Shown here: positions 1 to 8,118 of the stretch, in pieces
How positions within the stretch are numbered: the stretch's first letter is position 1
Layout: every line of letters begins with the position of its first letter
Origin: a virus
DNA: 46,533 nt
IMG/VR virus record: IMGVR_UViG_3300045988_175774
Direction: 5' to 3' (one strand)
Position numbers and translations under genes: made by a program
The notes under the pieces: generated by a model
Seen by the model: the letters and a program-made list of their open reading frames with translations, nothing else
What the model was told of the DNA's origin: nothing
The model's database searches: none

Positions 1-40
1 CTTTTGATATAATAATTATATCATAATTTTTAAAAAAAAT

Positions 41-81
41 AAAGTTATATAAATATAAACTATTTATATAACTTTATGCTC
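41..81 (-). terminator. 16-bp perfect hairpin just downstream of the stop of the 101..349 gene
   Basis: Inverted repeat taaagttatataaata / tatttatataacttta with a 5-nt loop, read directly from the sequence. Confidence 0.4.
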
Positions 82-100
82 TATTATTTTATTCTTTTGA

Positions 101-349
101 TTAAAATAAATCATCTTCATCTTCATCTATTGTTTTTCCATAGTTATCATCTACCTTTAAAGCGTGCTTCATTTCATAAGTCATGAAAAGACCTACTATA
201 AAGCTAGCTATTACTATAGATATAACTGATGCTACCCAAAGCGGTAAACCAAAAGCCCAACTTATAATCAGTCCAAGACAGTAAATCCCTCCAAGGTACA
301 GCATAATTGTTCCTAATATGCAAGCAATTCCCATTAAAAAGAAAAACAT
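101..349 (-). CDS. small membrane protein with two predicted TM helices and an acidic C-terminal tail
   Basis: 82-aa ORF with two long hydrophobic stretches and a DEDEDD-rich C-terminus. Confidence 0.5.
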   Translation of the reverse strand: MFFFLMGIACILGTIMLYLGGIYCLGLIISWAFGLPLWVASVISIVIASFIVGLFMTYEMKHALKVDDNYGKTIDEDEDDLF

Positions 350-366
350 TTTTAATTTTCTCCTTC

Positions 367-663
367 CTATTTTATTTTCTTCATCATCATATCTCCGTCA
401 TAAAGGATATATTCTGGCGGAGTATGCGGAAAGAAAAATTCTTTAATTTGTTCAATTTCTTTTATTGTAATACCTGACTTAAAATCTCCTGAAAGTGTAA
501 CTGCCGCCAATGTTTCAGCGTCAGTAATCTCAGTGTGATTATACCAGTTTTCTGCTTTTGCTTTAAAACTTGCTTTCAAATTTAAAGTTAGCGGAAAACC
601 TTCTAATTTAAAGAAAGTTTCAATTTCTTTCATTGTAGCTTCGATCAGTTTTGTGTTTATCAT
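367..663 (-). CDS. hypothetical early protein; start moved to the in-frame ATG at 663
   Basis: RBS agaaagagg lies 8 nt upstream of the ATG at 663. The track start at 702 falls inside the TGaTATAAT promoter. Confidence 0.5.
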   Translation of the reverse strand: MINTKLIEATMKEIETFFKLEGFPLTLNLKASFKAKAENWYNHTEITDAETLAAVTLSGDFKSGITIKEIEQIKEFFFPHTPPEYILYDGDMMMKKIK

Positions 664-690
664 ACATATTACCTCTTTCTTTTTCTTTTT

Positions 691-712
691 TGATATAATC
701 ATTATATCATAA
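691..712 (-). promoter_or_regulatory. extended -10 promoter (TGaTATAAT) for 367..663; a near-copy of the motif sits at 1-12 and at ~6089-6102
   Basis: rc of 691-712 reads ttatgaTATAATgatt. The ~40-nt block ttttgatataat..cattatatcataattttt..aaaaaataaa repeats at 1-45 and 689-733. Confidence 0.5.
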
Positions 713-759
713 TTTTTTTAAAAAATAAAATATATTTCTTTTATTAAAATAAAAAAGAT

Positions 760-798
760 TATTATAATTAAGCAGAGTGAAACTCTGCTTAATTATAA
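760..798 (-). terminator. 17-bp perfect hairpin terminator after the AAA ATPase gene
   Basis: attataattaagcagag-tgaaa-ctctgcttaattataat; on the minus strand it is followed by a T-rich run. Confidence 0.55.
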
Positions 799-825
799 TA
801 TAATATAAGTTAAAATTAACTTAAA

Positions 826-1947
826 TTAAAGTGCATAATGAATTCTTTTACTAGGAATTTTTTTAATCAGCATGTATTCTGGTTTTGCAGAAATATATTT
901 ATTGTAAAGCTCTAAGAATTGTTTATCTTTTGGATTATTTAATTCTTCTTCAATAACACACTGTAAAGATTTACCTGGAATAATACAGCCATATTCTTTG
1001 TTGTAAATAACATCTTTTGGGTTGAAAGTACACATTAGTACGTTAAGCTTAAGAACGCTATCTTCAAATTCATAGATTCTGCTCTTATTATCAAACATAT
1101 CTACTAAACAATGGGTACATTCCGCAATAGCTCCATTCGAAAAATGAATAGTTAAATTATAATCATCGCCAGTAAGATGCAAAATATTCAAATCTTTAAT
1201 AGCCTCTTCAAAAGTTTCTTCATTTTGTAATTCAAAAGCAATGGCTCTTAAACAATCATAATTCAAATATATTTTTTCTGAAAAACTAATTATTTTATCA
1301 ATTTCTTTATATTGAGATTCCAAGAGATGATCTTCCATATACTCACGGATTTCCTCTGGCGTTGGATATTCAAAGCGAAAGTGATAATGAAAACGTCCTG
1401 GTCTATTAACTAAATAATCATTTAATCCTGTTAAATGATTACAAGTAATAACGAAAAGTTTTTTGCCCATGGCTATTCCATCAAACAAACTTAGCAATTC
1501 TGTTTGAGCTTTTTCATTTCCACCGCCATGTTTTCCGGAAAAAGTCTTATCAAATTCATCAAAAAGAATTATCACTTCTTGGTCAATAGAGTTAAGATAA
1601 TTTGCTATACCAGGTATATAGCTATTAACAATAATAACTGGATAACCTTTTTTAATACCTTCAATAACAAGAAGTTTTGAGAATAGAGATTTACCAATTC
1701 CCTTATCTCCGCTTAATATAACTCCTAAGTTGCGGTCAAATTTAGCGTAAGATCTTAGTACTTTCTGTACTTTTGATAAATGGACACCATAAATTTTTTC
1801 ATTTACTTTAATTTCTGCATATTTTTCTAAAGAAAAACCAGAATTGGGATTAAAACAAACTTGATACGATTGCGGCGGGAGTTGCGTATAAATTTGTATA
1901 CTATCATCATAAATTTTAAAGTTATTCCCAGTATTTATTGTTCTCAT
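826..1947 (-). CDS. classical AAA ATPase (Cdc48/FtsH-type AAA module)
   Basis: Walker A GDKGIGKS, Walker B IILFDEFD, sensor-1 TCN and second-region-of-homology LVNRPGRFHYHF (RPGRF arginine-finger box) are all present. Confidence 0.8.
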   Translation of the reverse strand: MRTINTGNNFKIYDDSIQIYTQLPPQSYQVCFNPNSGFSLEKYAEIKVNEKIYGVHLSKVQKVLRSYAKFDRNLGVILSGDKGIGKSLFSKLLVIEGIKKGYPVIIVNSYIPGIANYLNSIDQEVIILFDEFDKTFSGKHGGGNEKAQTELLSLFDGIAMGKKLFVITCNHLTGLNDYLVNRPGRFHYHFRFEYPTPEEIREYMEDHLLESQYKEIDKIISFSEKIYLNYDCLRAIAFELQNEETFEEAIKDLNILHLTGDDYNLTIHFSNGAIAECTHCLVDMFDNKSRIYEFEDSVLKLNVLMCTFNPKDVIYNKEYGCIIPGKSLQCVIEEELNNPKDKQFLELYNKYISAKPEYMLIKKIPSKRIHYAL

Positions 1948-1996
1948 AAAGTAATCCTTTCTTTTATTTATATTATAGTATATTTTTTTAAAAAAA

Positions 1997-2503
1997 TCAA
2001 TTCCAATTTTGCACGATTCTCAAAGGAGCGTTACAACAACCAGAAGCTAAAGCACTTTCCCCTCTTGTTAAAGAGGAAGAAACATCTCCATGAGCTACTA
2101 GTTTACCGCATTTTTTGCAATAGATTTCATACTTATACAGATCACGATGAGGTTTCCATATCTGCCCTTCCGCGAATCGTTTAGGATTTTTAATTCCCAT
2201 TCTTCGCATCTCCGCTTTCCAATACATATCATGACCATGAGGTTTTCCAGTATCCCATATTACAAAAGCATGAGCCAATTCATGCATTGCCGTAGTAATA
2301 ATTGCTTCTTTTGTTCCAAATTTTAATAATTTTTCAGAAAATTCAATAGATTCAATTCTCATAGTAAGATCACTTGTATGTTCAAATACAACTCGACCTA
2401 ACATAGTAACTAAATTAGGATTGATTACGATTGGACAGTAAATTGTTTTATTTCTTTCTTTCGCGATATAATTACATAAGCTAAGCATTTCTTTTTCAGT
2501 CAT
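1997..2503 (-). CDS. SprT/Wss1-like zinc metalloprotease with a C-terminal zinc ribbon (paralog 1)
   Basis: HELAHAF (HExxH) plus a downstream HGHD third ligand; YCKKCGKL...CC zinc ribbon. Paralogous to 2520..3023. Confidence 0.7.
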   Translation of the reverse strand: MTEKEMLSLCNYIAKERNKTIYCPIVINPNLVTMLGRVVFEHTSDLTMRIESIEFSEKLLKFGTKEAIITTAMHELAHAFVIWDTGKPHGHDMYWKAEMRRMGIKNPKRFAEGQIWKPHRDLYKYEIYCKKCGKLVAHGDVSSSLTRGESALASGCCNAPLRIVQNWN

Positions 2504-2519
2504 ATAAAATATACTCCTT

Positions 2520-3023
2520 TTACCAATTTTGTTGTATTTTAATAAAAGATTTACAGCATTTTGAAGAGTATAACTCTGGATATTTTGTTATATCACAAGC
2601 TTTATCTCTAGCTCCTATCAATTTTCCGCATTTCTTGCAATAAATAGTATATTTATTTATTTTTTCAGGTAATCCCTCGTAAAGCTGACCTTCCGCGATA
2701 GCCTTTGGATTAGCACCAAGTCTTTTCGCGATATCCTGCCAAATCTTATCATGTCCGTGTAATTCACCTGTTGTCCAATAAACAAAAGCGTGAGCTAATT
2801 CGTGTTTTATAGTATCCATAATTTGAGCTTCTGTTCCAAACTGAAGAAAATTTTTAGAGAACTCAATTTTCTTAATGCCGAAACCGTCTTCATATTTTAC
2901 CTGACCAAGAGTTTTAGTTAATCTTCCATTCTCTACAATAGGACAAGTAATGATAAAACCATTTTCTTTTGCTATCTTTTCACAAATTTCATTTACTTGT
3001 TTAATTGTCATTAACTGCATCAC
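2520..3023 (-). CDS. SprT/Wss1-like zinc metalloprotease with a C-terminal zinc ribbon (paralog 2)
   Basis: KHELAHAFVYW, HGHD and YCKKCGKL...CC; collinear similarity with 1997..2503 over the full length. Confidence 0.7.
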   Translation of the reverse strand: MMQLMTIKQVNEICEKIAKENGFIITCPIVENGRLTKTLGQVKYEDGFGIKKIEFSKNFLQFGTEAQIMDTIKHELAHAFVYWTTGELHGHDKIWQDIAKRLGANPKAIAEGQLYEGLPEKINKYTIYCKKCGKLIGARDKACDITKYPELYSSKCCKSFIKIQQNW

Positions 3024-3101
3024 AATCCTTTCTTTTAATATATATATTATATTATATTTTTATGAAAAAATCAATGAGAATTATCGGCGAGTAGTTGAGT
3101 A

Positions 3102-3130
3102 TTGAAAATGTATAAAAAATATGTTATAAT
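3102..3130 (+). promoter_or_regulatory. sigmaA-like promoter TTGAAA-N17-TATAAT for the plus-strand island
   Basis: ttgaaa at 3102-3107, tataat at 3125-3130, exact 17-nt spacer. Confidence 0.55.
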
Positions 3131-3162
3131 ATTTAATATAAACAAGAGAAAAGAGGGCGGAA

Positions 3163-3339
3163 TTGACAAGAGAAGAATTAAGTGCGGAATTGGGTATAAG
3201 CGAGAATAGGATATTACGTCACTGGCGGGAAGTGTGTAATAGTTATGAGCGGATTGGGATTAGATTGATTAAGATAGGAAAAGGCGAAAAGGCGGAGTAT
3301 GGTATTTTAAGAAAAGACGAGACTGTAGCTAGGTTTTAG
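3163..3339 (+). CDS. small helix-turn-helix protein (TTG start, 58 aa)
   Basis: The ORF is stop-free in a stop-rich A/G/T region. RBS aagaggg lies upstream. Translation LTREELSAELGISENRILRHWREV... is HTH-like. The ORF track missed it. Confidence 0.4.
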   Translation: MTREELSAELGISENRILRHWREVCNSYERIGIRLIKIGKGEKAEYGILRKDETVARF

Positions 3340-3349
3340 AGGAGGGTAT

Positions 3350-3553
3350 ATGGTAACAGTTGAGAATACAGACGGAACTATAAACACATATAGCAATTTT
3401 TGTTGTAATCATATAGATATAAAACAAAATAAAAGAGAAGGTTGGAGAATGTGTAAATATCTTGTTTCTGGAGAGTGCGGCAAGGAGAAAATTTTTTTAA
3501 TGAAAGACATTGGTAATAATTGTATTAGATGCCTTTCGTACGAACCAGAGTAG
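3350..3553 (+). CDS. Cys-rich zinc-ribbon small protein
   Basis: RBS ggaggg; CC..H...C..C...C..C pattern over 67 aa. Confidence 0.5.
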   Translation: MVTVENTDGTINTYSNFCCNHIDIKQNKREGWRMCKYLVSGECGKEKIFLMKDIGNNCIRCLSYEPE

Positions 3554-3866
3554 AAAGAAGAAGAAGAAGATTTTGACGCGGATGAAGCTGACTATGAAGA
3601 TCTTTAAGGTGAGAATTGCCGCATTATAAAAAATAGAGGATTTTCTTGGGAGAGAATTTTAAGATAAGAGGATATTATGACGAGAAAAGTTTAACTGTTT
3701 TGTTAAAAGACGAATTAAAAAGCTCTAATCGTTAAGAAAAAATTTAACAAAAGGTGTTGAAAAAGTGTACAAACCGATGATTTGTTGAAATTTTTAAGCA
3801 AATGTTGAAAATATTTTAAGTATAAATTTTATGTTTAAATATAAGGAGGAATATAAGGAGGAAAAT

Positions 3867-4484
3867 ATGGAAATTCAAAAAAATTCAAGACAAATACCTA
3901 GTAATAAAATTTATACTGCTAACAAGAAGTATTCAGATATTCTATATGGATATTTACAACATAATTCTCTTTTAGATAAAGAGTGTGGAATTAGGTATAT
4001 ACTTAAAAAAGATATTAGTTTTGTAAAAATTGCTAATGAATTAAAGATGCATAGGCAAACAGTTTCAAATAAATTTAAAGTTTTGATGGAACAAAATTTG
4101 ATTAGATACAATGAAGAGCTAAAAAGATATGAATTAGTTACTATTGATAAAACATTAGCAACTTTATTACCAGATGAAACAGTTAGGATTTGTTATAACA
4201 CTTTGCAAGATAGATGCTTAAGTATATTAGCTTATTTATTAAAAACTTATATTCAACATAATGAATCTTCTTGTCAAATAAATTTAGATGTTATAAAAGA
4301 ATATGTTGGAATTTGCGTTTCAAATAGAGGGTGTAATAATCAGGTTATAAAAGATAGCCTTTTAATATTACAAAAATTAGGTTTTATTCAATATCATACA
4401 GAAAGAAAACTAGATGGAGAAACAGGCGGTATAAGAACTATTTATATTTTAGATAAAGTATATAATTTTGTTACTTTTGATTAA
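3867..4484 (+). CDS. dual winged-helix DNA-binding protein (possible replication initiator or regulator)
   Basis: AGGAGG sits 7 nt before the ATG at 3867; the track start at 3831 lies within the duplicated RBS. Two wHTH-like segments are ISFVKIANELKMHRQTVSNKF and NLDVIKEYVG..GFIQY. Confidence 0.55.
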   Translation: MEIQKNSRQIPSNKIYTANKKYSDILYGYLQHNSLLDKECGIRYILKKDISFVKIANELKMHRQTVSNKFKVLMEQNLIRYNEELKRYELVTIDKTLATLLPDETVRICYNTLQDRCLSILAYLLKTYIQHNESSCQINLDVIKEYVGICVSNRGCNNQVIKDSLLILQKLGFIQYHTERKLDGETGGIRTIYILDKVYNFVTFD

Positions 4485-4518
4485 AAGATATAGTAAATAA
4501 AATACTAAGTAAAACTGC

Positions 4519-4552
4519 AAAATGTCGAAAAAGTGTAACACAATATAATAGT
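4519..4552 (+). repeat. 34-nt direct repeat, copy 1 (aaaatgtcgaaaaagtgtaacacaatataatagt)
   Basis: Identical 34-mer occurs again at 4639..4672. Confidence 0.9.
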
Positions 4553-4618
4553 AGAAGTAATTTCATTACTTCGTATTCAAGCACTTCGTGCTTTCATACT
4601 CGTAATGAAATTACTTCT
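4553..4618. other. long imperfect hairpin (17-bp outer stem plus inner 6-bp stem) lying between the 34-nt direct repeats
   Basis: agaagtaatttcattac ... gtaatgaaattacttct, with inner aagcac / gtgctt. Confidence 0.6.
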
Positions 4619-4638
4619 TAGCCGCCCGATAATTTTGT

Positions 4639-4672
4639 AAAATGTCGAAAAAGTGTAACACAATATAATAGT
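4639..4672 (+). repeat. 34-nt direct repeat, copy 2
   Basis: Identical to 4519..4552. Confidence 0.9.
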
Positions 4673-4749
4673 GGTATTAAAGTTATACCAGAAATATTAT
4701 ATTATATTATATTATATTATACATAACTATTATATAATAATAATAATAT

Positions 4750-4786
4750 AGGTAATGTATCATACCGAAGGTATGATACATTACCT
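4750..4786. other. 17-bp perfect hairpin (aggtaatgtatcatacc-gaa-ggtatgatacattacct), preceded by a (tatta)n microsatellite
   Basis: Perfect inverted repeat read directly from the sequence. Confidence 0.7.
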
Positions 4787-4899
4787 TAGTGTAAATTAAA
4801 ATGAAGAGTTTTATGCGGGGTAGGGATATTTAGTAGTTGAATCCGCTCTGTTTTAGAGGGACTCTTGTTTAATTTTAAAATGTCAAGGAACGTTTTAAA

Positions 4900-5600
4900 A
4901 AATGATTTGAAAATTTTAAGGTTTAAATAAATTAGGAAAGTTTTTTAGAAGGTATGAGAAAAAGTAAGAAAAGAAGTATAGTATACTTAGAGAATGGCAA
5001 AGAGTATTGCTGAATAATAACAAAGAGTTGGGAAGTTTTACTAAAAACGAGGTGTAGTTTTTTGGTTAGAAGAGTATGTAAGAGAGTGTTTAAATTATAA
5101 GAGAAGTATGGGAGTGCGGAGTTGAGTTTAATTAAAGTGCTTCCGCTTTTGAAATACAAGGTTAAATAAAAATTGTGGGTTACAGAATTGCTTAAATAAA
5201 ATTATTAAAATTTTGCGTGAGGAGTTTGATTTTGGAGAGAATTAAGGGTAGTTTTAATAAAATATAAGGATTGGATTAAAGGCGTGTGGGATTAAGGTAA
5301 TAAAATATTTTAGAATTAGAGAGAATTGAGGATAGGTTAATAAAAATAATAAGACTGGATAAAGAAAATTTGATGTTTAGATTAAGAGAGAGTATAAAGT
5401 TGGATTAAGAGAGAAGAAGGTTGAAGTATATAAAATAATAAGCGGAAATGAGGATTTTGAGATTGGAGTATGCGAGAGTAGAATTGGAGTGTAGAGAGGA
5501 TGAGAGTGAGGCATGAGTCTGAAAACATGGCAGAATATGTGAAAAAAGTGTGAAAAAATTGTGAAAAAAATTGTGAAAAAAATTGTGAAAAAAATTGTGA
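4900..5600 (+). other. about 700 nt non-coding purine+T tract with almost no cytosine on the plus strand
   Basis: Per-line counts give 0-6 C per 60 nt and G about 28%. Only low-complexity spurious ORFs occur on either strand. Confidence 0.8.
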
Positions 5601-5601
5601 G
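5538..5601 (+). repeat. tandem (t)tgtgaaaaaa(a) repeat, 5 copies of 12-13 nt
   Basis: gtgaaaaaagtgtgaaaaaattgtgaaaaaaattgtgaaaaaaattgtgaaaaaaattgtga. Confidence 0.9.
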
Positions 5602-5625
5602 GGGTCAGTCTCACTCTCCCCTCTC

Positions 5626-5656
5626 CCCTCCTACCTCAGAGCTCTTTATACGAGCT
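5626..5656 (-). terminator. hairpin cagagctc-tttatac-gagctctg overlapping the stop of 5646..6041
   Basis: Inverted repeat inside the only GC-rich patch of the region. Confidence 0.4.
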
Positions 5657-6041
5657 CTGAGAGGAATTTTCTAATAATTTCATCATCTGATAAAGCTTTT
5701 TCATTCTCCCGTTTTACATCTCTTTTCAGTTTATCTGTATCTACTCTTCTAACTCCAAATCTTGCCCTTGAAAGATTACCCATTTTACCAAAAGCCTCCA
5801 TAGTCTTTTCCATCTTAGTTAACTCTGTCATAAGATTCTTTCTATCCTCAGCAGATTCTTTTTTATCAATTGCCCCAAGAGCAATTCCATACGTTACAAA
5901 CGCGTCAACCAATTTGTTTCTTGCATCTACAATCGCCTTTGTGCGGTTTTCCTTGGTCTGCTCCGCTTCGATCTCAGCTTTTACCGCCTTAAGAATTTCA
6001 TCTGTTGTTTTGCCTTCAGCGATCATTTTTTTAATATCCAT
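5646..6041 (-). CDS. hypothetical protein, helical and charged
   Basis: 131-aa ORF with RBS aaaaggagaac; a TGaTATAAT extended -10 sits upstream at ~6089-6102. Confidence 0.6.
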   Translation of the reverse strand: MDIKKMIAEGKTTDEILKAVKAEIEAEQTKENRTKAIVDARNKLVDAFVTYGIALGAIDKKESAEDRKNLMTELTKMEKTMEAFGKMGNLSRARFGVRRVDTDKLKRDVKRENEKALSDDEIIRKFLSELV

Positions 6042-6641
6042 AGTATGTTCTCCTTTTGAAATGTTTATTTGTTTTTCTTTATGTATATATTATATCAAAA
6101 AATTATAGAAAATTCAAAGGGGAAGACATCTTTCTAGCTATTGTTGAGCTTAATTAGTTTCCAAAAATTTTAAATGAGATAAGGCTCGACGTAAAAATGG
6201 AAGGCGGAAAATAAAAATGGCTTTTTTTACTATTGTATCATATATTTTATTAAAAATCAAGCGGAGAGAAGTGAGGTATGCCATAATTGCGGGATTCTAG
6301 AAAGCCGAATGGAAATTCCAAACATCTAGGAAAAAAGCCCATATAGGCGATCTTTGGGGTAGGTCGGATCCGAGTCCTTTGAACTCGGACCGCTGATTAT
6401 ATCACAGCCGCCGCGTTTTGTCAATAGGCAAATTATACAAATTTTTCATTATTTTTTTAGTAATATTGCACAAATAGTCATTTTTACCAAATTTTCATTA
6501 AAAAATAAGATTTTTTTGGTAAAAATGACTAAAATAAATAAAAATGTACAAAAAAATAGCCAAAAACCGCGTAATTTTTGGCTATTTTGTATAGAATATA
6601 GAATTTTATTGAATTTTTATAAGAAATTTTGGTTATTTTGT

Positions 6642-6680
6642 ATAGAATAGTCAGAAATGTAAATTTTCTGACTATTCTAT
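6642..6680. terminator. 16-bp perfect hairpin downstream of 6706..7107 (T-run on the plus side)
   Basis: atagaatagtcagaaa-tgtaaat-tttctgactattctat. Confidence 0.45.
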
Positions 6681-6705
6681 GTAATTTTTAGTTACCTCAG
6701 ACTGC

Positions 6706-7107
6706 TTACTCCTCTACAGTTTCCTCTTCTTCTTTTGCAAGAGAAAAGTAAGGAACTCTTTTTTCAATTGTCCTGACCACTTCTTCAGATTCGACAAGCT
6801 GTTTAAGAAGAGCAGATAACTTCTGAGGAGAAAGTTTGTTCATCTCAGAGTTTTCTTTAATCATGGTTGTAACTGTAACAGGTTTACCAAATAACTCCAG
6901 AGCCACAAGAATGAGCTTTTTAATTTCCTCATTTTCTTTCTGATTTTTGGTTTTTTTACCGCTGGAAGATTTTTTATTCAACAGCTCAATTTCATGGCTG
7001 AGAAAGTTAAGTGCTTCTTCTTTTGGTTCAAAGTCACTTTCTTCCAGAAAAGCTCTAATAGTTTCAAACCAATCTTTTTTTGTCATTTTGTCTTTCATCA
7101 TATTCAT
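6706..7107 (-). CDS. hypothetical protein, family A paralog 1 (winged-helix-like core, acidic C-terminus)
   Basis: Paralog of 8408..8827 with a shared block ELFGKPVTVTTMIKEN..KLS.QKLSALLK..VVRT.EKRVPYFSLAKEEEE. RBS aaagaaagaggt. Confidence 0.65.
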   Translation of the reverse strand: MNMMKDKMTKKDWFETIRAFLEESDFEPKEEALNFLSHEIELLNKKSSSGKKTKNQKENEEIKKLILVALELFGKPVTVTTMIKENSEMNKLSPQKLSALLKQLVESEEVVRTIEKRVPYFSLAKEEEETVEE

Positions 7108-7134
7108 TACCTCTTTCTTTCTTTTGATATATTT

Positions 7135-7163
7135 ATTATAGCATACTTTTTTATTTTTGTCAA
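7135..7163 (-). promoter_or_regulatory. consensus promoter TTGACA-N17-TATAAT for 6706..7107
   Basis: plus attata at 7135-7140 and tgtcaa at 7158-7163; the promoter-plus-leader cassette is duplicated at 7417..7445. Confidence 0.65.
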
Positions 7164-7194
7164 TTACTTTTTTATTTTTTTTCTTTTCTGGTGC

Positions 7195-7389
7195 TTACTT
7201 AATATAAGCACCAGCAATAGACTTAACAGAGCCATCCGCGTTGAAAAAGATAACATTATTTTGAATAACGTTGATACCTTTATTCTTTGCAAAATTTCTG
7301 AACACAAAGTCTGTATTCCAGAGTTTAATAAAATCAGCTTTTCTCATGTTTGCAAAACCTTTTGTGTAGTTCATTGTTCTCATAGTCAA
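7195..7389 (-). CDS. small hypothetical protein (64 aa)
   Basis: Own copy of the promoter/leader cassette (leader ..tatatcaaaagaaagaaagaggtattgactATG). Confidence 0.5.
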   Translation of the reverse strand: MTMRTMNYTKGFANMRKADFIKLWNTDFVFRNFAKNKGINVIQNNVIFFNADGSVKSIAGAYIK

Positions 7390-7416
7390 TACCTCTTTCT
7401 TTCTTTTGATATATTT

Positions 7417-7445
7417 ATTATAGCATACTTTTTTGCTTTTGTCAA
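7417..7445 (-). promoter_or_regulatory. consensus promoter TTGACA-N17-TATAAT for 7195..7389 (cassette copy 2)
   Basis: plus attata at 7417-7422 and tgtcaa at 7440-7445; about 60 nt is identical to 7109-7170. Confidence 0.65.
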
Positions 7446-7452
7446 TTACTTT

Positions 7453-7758
7453 TTAATAAAAATAACTGTCTAAAATCATACTTTCTACAATAAGATTCTT
7501 ATTATCATAATAAGCAAGGGCAATAGAAGTTGCGTAAGCGTCAAGCCCTGGACTTTCAAAAATACATTCAGAAGAGACACTAAACTTATAGTTTTTTTGC
7601 TCAGGATTTTTTTCTAAGAAATCAGAAATAGCTTCACTTAAACGCTTGCCATTTTCATTCATTTCCATATAATTCTCTCTTTCGGAATCCCAAAAACCAT
7701 CTTCTTCCAAAAAAATACAAAGATTACTCATTACGTCTTCGAATAAATTTTTTGCCAT
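7453..7758 (-). CDS. hypothetical acidic protein (101 aa)
   Basis: ORF with RBS; no recognisable motif. Confidence 0.55.
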   Translation of the reverse strand: MAKNLFEDVMSNLCIFLEEDGFWDSERENYMEMNENGKRLSEAISDFLEKNPEQKNYKFSVSSECIFESPGLDAYATSIALAYYDNKNLIVESMILDSYFY

Positions 7759-8024
7759 GCTATCTACCTCTCTTGTTTTTATTTATTATTTATTTTATGT
7801 ATACATTATATCAAAAGAAAAAATAAAAGTCAACGGCATTTTGCACAAAGTATAATAAAATATTTTGTCTATTTTGACTATTGACAGGTTTAGCATTGTG
7901 CATAATAGAGAAAATTGGCGGATTTTGATATAAAATTTTGTTCATTTTACCTATTGACAGAGATTTTTGTACAAAACGGAGAATTTTGGGATAAAAAATT
8001 TTTTATTTTTGTGCATTTTTTCTC

Positions 8025-8118
8025 TTGACAAAATCGTCAGCGTGTGGTATAATGGATATTTCGGTCGCCTTGACCCAAGGCGACCCGCTATTATACCATA
8101 CTTTCGGGTGCTTGTCAA
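8025..8118. promoter_or_regulatory. element A: face-to-face consensus promoters flanking a GC hairpin
   Basis: Plus side: ttgaca 8025-30, 17-nt spacer, TGgTATAAT 8048-53. Hairpin: ggtcgcc-ttgacccaa-ggcgacc at 8063-8085. Minus side: TTGACA-N17-TGgTATAAT (plus tgtcaa 8113-18, attata 8090-95). Confidence 0.6.

Noticed and set aside
1861-2184. Plus-strand ORF 1861-2184
   Set aside because: It is antisense across the AAA/SprT gene junction, with no RBS and a low-complexity product.
4553-4618. Canonical cUUCGg tetraloop in the 66-nt hairpin
   Set aside because: The centre reads cacttcgtg. UUCG is present, but the closing pair would be c·t, so the canonical extra-stable C(UUCG)G motif is not formed. 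It is better described as a 3-5-nt loop on a 6-bp inner stem.
4932-5614. Minus-strand ORFs 4932-5159 and 5405-5614 in the purine-rich region
   Set aside because: Their translations are low-complexity repeats (NFFHNFFHNFFHNFF..) produced by the pyrimidine-only complementary strand and the tandem repeat. No RBS. They are compositional artefacts.
6355-6400. Possible tRNA or tRNA fragment at the GC-rich hairpin
   Set aside because: No cloverleaf could be drawn. There is no T-arm GTTC(R)ANYC box and no acceptor-stem pairing. It is a single hairpin only.
6947-7473. Plus-strand ORFs 6947-7141 and 6994-7473 (159 aa)
   Set aside because: They overlap three well-supported minus-strand genes and two promoter cassettes. 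The translation is F/I/L-rich nonsense.
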